This document shows, piece after piece, positions 33,243 through 36,748 of a stretch of DNA of 36,748 nucleotides. The notes beneath the pieces were generated by a model that did no database searches, was not told the origin of the DNA, and saw only the letters and a list, made by a program, of their open reading frames with translations. Each line of letters begins with the position of its first letter. Position 1 is the stretch's first letter. Source of the stretch: an uncultured Chitinophagales bacterium. GTDB taxonomy: Bacteria; Bacteroidota; Rhodothermia; Balneolales; HLUCCA01. The stretch is from contig CAYVRS010000003.1 of the NCBI GenBank assembly GCA_964454075.1, positions 9,483 to 46,230 on the forward strand. Direction: 5' to 3'. The translations under genes and the position numbers were made by a program.

Positions 33243-34696
33243 GACATCCTCCATGAGGGGATGAGGATGGTGAGCAGGCGTCGGACCAGATCGCGCTCCA
33301 TAAGCACAAGCAAGGCGGTGTAGGACGCGATGCCTACCAACACCAGAAGGGTGAGTTCCTGACCTGCCGGCCATCCGATCATCCGGTCGAGCATCCGCAC
33401 CAGGAAGCCCATCATCGAGGCGAACATCAATGGTTTGAACAAGGTCATGAAATACTCTGAGCCAACCTTACCGATCAAAGGACGGATCACCCTGAAGTAA
33501 TAAATCATACCCAGCACCACGTGAAGGATCACGAAACTCCAGGCCAGTCCGGCCATTCCTGCCATGCTTGCGCCAAGGTAGATCACAGGGACCGTGGCCG
33601 CCAGGGCGAAGACGTTCCAGCCGAACGACATGTCTGTTCGCCCCACGGCCATGAGCAGGGACCCGGATGGCGCGCCGGTCGAACGCTGGTATGCGTATAT
33701 GGAAAGGATTTGTGTAAGCATGATGGATTCCATCCATTGCGGCCCAATCAGTAATGGGATGAACAACGGAGCGGTGACCATGATGCCGGCAAGGAGTGGG
33801 GCATTGATCAGCGTCACGGTTTTGAGCACGTTGAGGTAGCCGTTGCGAAGCGCTTCGGCGTCGTCCTGCTGCCTCGAGAACAGAGGGAAGGTGACTTGCG
33901 AGACGGCCTGATTGATCCGTTGGATGGGGTAGATCACCAGGTTCAACGCCATGTTGTACAAGCCCAGCGCGTGGATGCCGAGCAGGCTGGTCACGATCAG
34001 CTGATCGGCTTTGGTGCTCAGGAATTGGATGATCTTCTCACCGGAATGGAATAAACCGAAACGGAGGACAGGGGAGAGTCCTTGGAGGTCGAATACCGCT
34101 TTGGGATGCCAGGTCCGCAATCCCGCGATGAAGATCCATGCATGGCCGACTCCATGGGCGGCCATATACCCGATCAGAAGGGACCAGACGCCATGTCCTG
34201 CGGACGCCAGGATCAATGAAATCATCAGATACAGAGCCATGGAGACGATTTCCTGCAAGGCCACGAGCTTGAATTCCAAGTTCCGGTGCAGGATGACACG
34301 GAATTGCGTGCTCATGGCGGTCAGTGGGATTATGATCGCCGAGGTCTGAAGCAGCCTGCCGAGTTGGTGTTCACCCAAGGCGGATGCAAGCGCGGGCGAA
34401 ATCAGCGCGAAAACGACGGCGGCGGCCAAAGCGATGCCGTTGTGCAGCCAATACAGGGTGGAACGTTGCGCATCACTCAGTTCCTTGGCCTGGATGATGC
34501 CCATGCTCACCCCCGCATCCGCGAACGTGGAGATGAATTGCAAAGCCAGGAGTACGGTGGCCATGAGTCCGAAATCGGTAGGCGAGAGCCAGTGCGCGAG
34601 CACCGCGATCTGGGCGAACTGCAACACGCTGGTCACCACCTGGGATGAGCCCGTCCACCGGATTCCCCGCACCGTGTCCTGTTTGAGGGTATCCAT
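33239..34696 (-). CDS. wzx: Wzx-like polysaccharide flippase (MOP superfamily, Polysacc_synt family)
   Basis: 485 aa with about 12-14 hydrophobic segments. The N-terminus RGIRWTGSSQVVTSVLQFAQIAVLAHWLSPTDFGLMA is typical of Wzx/RfbX-type exporters. Confidence 0.82.
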   Translation of the reverse strand: MDTLKQDTVRGIRWTGSSQVVTSVLQFAQIAVLAHWLSPTDFGLMATVLLALQFISTFADAGVSMGIIQAKELSDAQRSTLYWLHNGIALAAAVVFALISPALASALGEHQLGRLLQTSAIIIPLTAMSTQFRVILHRNLEFKLVALQEIVSMALYLMISLILASAGHGVWSLLIGYMAAHGVGHAWIFIAGLRTWHPKAVFDLQGLSPVLRFGLFHSGEKIIQFLSTKADQLIVTSLLGIHALGLYNMALNLVIYPIQRINQAVSQVTFPLFSRQQDDAEALRNGYLNVLKTVTLINAPLLAGIMVTAPLFIPLLIGPQWMESIMLTQILSIYAYQRSTGAPSGSLLMAVGRTDMSFGWNVFALAATVPVIYLGASMAGMAGLAWSFVILHVVLGMIYYFRVIRPLIGKVGSEYFMTLFKPLMFASMMGFLVRMLDRMIGWPAGQELTLLVLVGIASYTALLVLMERDLVRRLLTILIPSWRMS

Positions 34697-35640
34697 CAGC
34701 GTTTCCGGATCATGCCTAATGCCCTGAACCAGGCCCGCTGGCCCTTATATTCGGCGAAATACCGACGTGCGGCGCCAAAACGGCGTTTGAAATCGACGAC
34801 ACCGCCCAAACCTGCGGATGGATTGAAATCAAATGTCTTGAATCCTTCCGAGCGGTACTCGAGAATCCGTTTCACATAAAGGAGCTGATACGGACGGCGC
34901 TTCATGGAGGCGGTTTTTGCCAAGGTGAGCCAGGAAACCACATGCCTGTTTGCCGTCAGGAAGATGCCCATGGCGATGGGTTCGGGCGAATCGCCATCGG
35001 TCACGCTCCAGACCTCGACACCAGGCATTTCGAAAAGCCGATGGAAAAAACCCGTAGGATATTGGCTCGTCACTCCGCTTCCGGTCTGCCAGCGGTCCCG
35101 AGCATTGGCGTAGATCGCGATGAAGGCGTCGGCGCCCTCCGTCCACCTGTGAATGCGCAAGCCTTGCCGTTCGGCCCATCGGGCGTAATACAGATTGTTG
35201 TAGCGGTCGAGCTCGGCGTTAAGCTCCGCGTCACTCATCGTCAGATCCAAGGTCTGCGTGAACTGTTGCATCACGCTGGAGACGTTGGTGAACGGATTTC
35301 CGATCCAGAGATAGGAGGCGTGGCGTTCCAAGAGCAGTTTTTGAGCCTGGCGGAAGGCTTCGGGTGAATGGGTTCCCAGCATGCCTCCGTAGGTGTGACC
35401 TGGGGAGGACATCCATTCGGTGGCGAATCCTCTCAGGAGACGACGGGTGCTACCGGGGAGGATCGCATCGGTCCCATCCGGACCCTTCAAGCGATACGGC
35501 GTGGGTCGGAAGCGTCCCGGCCAACTGTCCGCGAACAGCTGATGCCAGTCAGGATGCTGAAATCGGGTCCGGTCGGGGTCCGATTCCCAAGCCTGGATCC
35601 ATTCCTGGATCGTCGCAGACTCCATCCTCCATCCACTCAT
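34696..35640 (-). CDS. FemAB-like GNAT acyltransferase (Acetyltransf_6-type)
   Basis: Pattern FQHPDWHQLF...ILPGS...SSPGHTYGGML...WLTLAKTASMKRRPYQLLYVKRILEYRSEGFKTFDFNPSAGLGGVVDFKRRFGA, typical of the FemAB-family GNATs found in exopolysaccharide loci. ATGA overlap with the wecE-like stop, and a 1-nt TGATG overlap with the wzx start. Confidence 0.65.
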   Translation of the reverse strand: MSGWRMESATIQEWIQAWESDPDRTRFQHPDWHQLFADSWPGRFRPTPYRLKGPDGTDAILPGSTRRLLRGFATEWMSSPGHTYGGMLGTHSPEAFRQAQKLLLERHASYLWIGNPFTNVSSVMQQFTQTLDLTMSDAELNAELDRYNNLYYARWAERQGLRIHRWTEGADAFIAIYANARDRWQTGSGVTSQYPTGFFHRLFEMPGVEVWSVTDGDSPEPIAMGIFLTANRHVVSWLTLAKTASMKRRPYQLLYVKRILEYRSEGFKTFDFNPSAGLGGVVDFKRRFGAARRYFAEYKGQRAWFRALGMIRKR

Positions 35641-36748
35641 GGCGCGCCCAAGACTTGGGTAAGCGTGTCGGTCACGCGATCGACCACATCCGGATGGTCC
35701 AGGACTAGCCGGCCGTACAGAGGAAGCCGGATCTGAGACGAACTCAGCTGTTCGGTCAGAGGAAGCGACCGCACGGTCGGATGTAGGCTCTTTCCGAACG
35801 GGGAGTTGTGAAGCGGGACGTAATGGAAGGCGGCGGAGATGCCAGCCCGATGAAACGCGCTCAGAAGGCGGTCTCGGTCAACCAAGCGTTCCGTAGTGAA
35901 GAAATACGTGTGATGATTGGACGTGGCGTAACCGGGGACAACGTTACGGATGAGCTTTCCGGCCCGCTCGAAGGGTTCGAGGGCCGCATGATAGGCCGTC
36001 CAGCTCAGGGCTCTTCGGGCCCGGATCTCATGTCGACGCAGCCATTGCGCTTCCAGAAGGGCCGCGAGGAGGTCCGACGGCACATAGCTGCTTCCGGCAT
36101 CCATCCAGGTGTATTTGTCGACATCGCCGCGAAGGAAGGCGCTTCGGTTCGTTCCCTTTTCACGAAGGATCTCGGCTCGGGCGACCGAGGCTCTGTCTCG
36201 CACCAGCAAGGCTCCGCCTTCGCCGCAGGCGATGTTCTTGGTGTCGTGGAAACTGTAGGCGCCGAATTCGCCCAAGGTGCCCAGCGCCCGGCCTTCCCAA
36301 TAGGCGTCGACACCCTGAGCGGCGTCTTCGATGACGGCCAAGCCGGCCAGTTTGGATAATGAGAGTAGAGCGCCCATGTCGCAGGCCACGCCGGCGTAAT
36401 GAACCGGTATGATGGCTTTCGTCCGGGGGGTGATGAGACGGGCCACATCCTCCGGGTCGATGTTCATGGTGCCGGGGGTAATGTCGGCGAACACAGGAAC
36501 ACCGCCACGGAGCACGACGGCATTCGCGGTGGACACAAACGTGAACGATGGCATGATCACCTCATCGCCGGGGGCGATGCGGAGCAACATCACCGCCAGT
36601 TCCATGGCATGGGTGGCGCTGGTGGTCAGAAACACGCGCTCGGCGCCGGTATGTAGGCGGATCAGGTTCTGAACGCGGCGTGTGGCGGGACCGTCTCCGC
36701 GCCAAACGCCGGAACGAAGGGCGGACGCCAAGGCCGATTCCTCCGCGG
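35637..36748 (-). CDS. wecE: DegT/WecE-type PLP-dependent sugar 4-aminotransferase (dTDP-4-amino-4,6-dideoxyhexose transaminase-like), 5' end off the right edge
   Basis: Close by-eye alignment to E. coli WecE: GDEVIMPSFTFVSTANA, IPVHYAGVACDM, IEDAAQG, the PLP-Lys block FHDTKNIACGEGGAL, REKGTNRSAFLRGDVDKYTW and FHYVPLH. The reading frame stays open to base 36748, and the ORF-track start at 36731 is a TTG inside the gene. Confidence 0.9.
   Translation of the reverse strand, partial: AEESALASALRSGVWRGDGPATRRVQNLIRLHTGAERVFLTTSATHAMELAVMLLRIAPGDEVIMPSFTFVSTANAVVLRGGVPVFADITPGTMNIDPEDVARLITPRTKAIIPVHYAGVACDMGALLSLSKLAGLAVIEDAAQGVDAYWEGRALGTLGEFGAYSFHDTKNIACGEGGALLVRDRASVARAEILREKGTNRSAFLRGDVDKYTWMDAGSSYVPSDLLAALLEAQWLRRHEIRARRALSWTAYHAALEPFERAGKLIRNVVPGYATSNHHTYFFTTERLVDRDRLLSAFHRAGISAAFHYVPLHNSPFGKSLHPTVRSLPLTEQLSSSQIRLPLYGRLVLDHPDVVDRVTDTLTQVLGAP

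Noticed and set aside
1-36748. Scan of the whole window for CRISPR repeats, tRNA/rRNA, IS elements, integrases, toxin-antitoxin pairs and known defence genes
   Set aside because: I found no regularly spaced direct repeats, no cloverleaf-like intergenic sequence (all gaps are 130 bp or shorter), and no transposase, recombinase or nuclease/ATPase defence signatures in any credible ORF. A computational repeat or covariance-model scan would be needed to be certain.

Overview
GC-rich, very tightly packed bacterial chromosome segment. I support 31 protein-coding genes, two of them truncated by the window edges. I found no rRNA, tRNA, CRISPR array, transposase, integrase or prophage gene. Several traits point to a Bacteroidota/Rhodothermota-like lineage, which is inference: many start codons lack a Shine-Dalgarno sequence, there is one exact TAnnTTTG (-7 type) promoter motif, an EF-G2-type paralog, a possible T9SS-plug-like lipoprotein, and a bS22/mS38-like ultra-basic sORF.

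Gene order, left to right:
- Asparaginase-like 5' end (-), then an EF-G paralog (+).
- Minus-strand operon: AGCS amino-acid:cation symporter, upp, lptC-like, ostA/lptA-like.
- HU, a 31-aa basic sORF absent from the ORF track, and the only clear intrinsic terminator in the window (bidirectional).
- A 209-aa unknown protein (-).
- A 12.9 kb plus-strand gene string: rqcH-like, aroK, aroB, tamB, rnr, and a 1036-aa Omp85-barrel protein carrying peptidase-MA and PD40 propeller domains.
- Minus-strand string: ccmB-like, holB, dapF, lipoprotein.
- ptsN, sigma54 response regulator, folD (+).
- A CPA2 antiporter fused to Usp-like and EIIA-like domains (-), then a 104-aa unknown protein.
- A six-gene minus-strand polysaccharide operon: wecE-like, FemAB-like GNAT, wzx, GT4, GT-B, GT2.

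I see no defence island or mobile element, and most of the window is core housekeeping. The most plausible candidates for under-described biology are:
1. The POTRA-less Omp85/PD40/peptidase outer-membrane protein co-oriented with TamB.
2. The EIIA(Ntr) theme: a free PtsN plus an antiporter-fused EIIA-like domain whose phospho-His position reads Glu.
3. The basic sORF.
4. The His-less EF-G paralog.

All functional calls come from motif recognition by eye, and no database search was possible.
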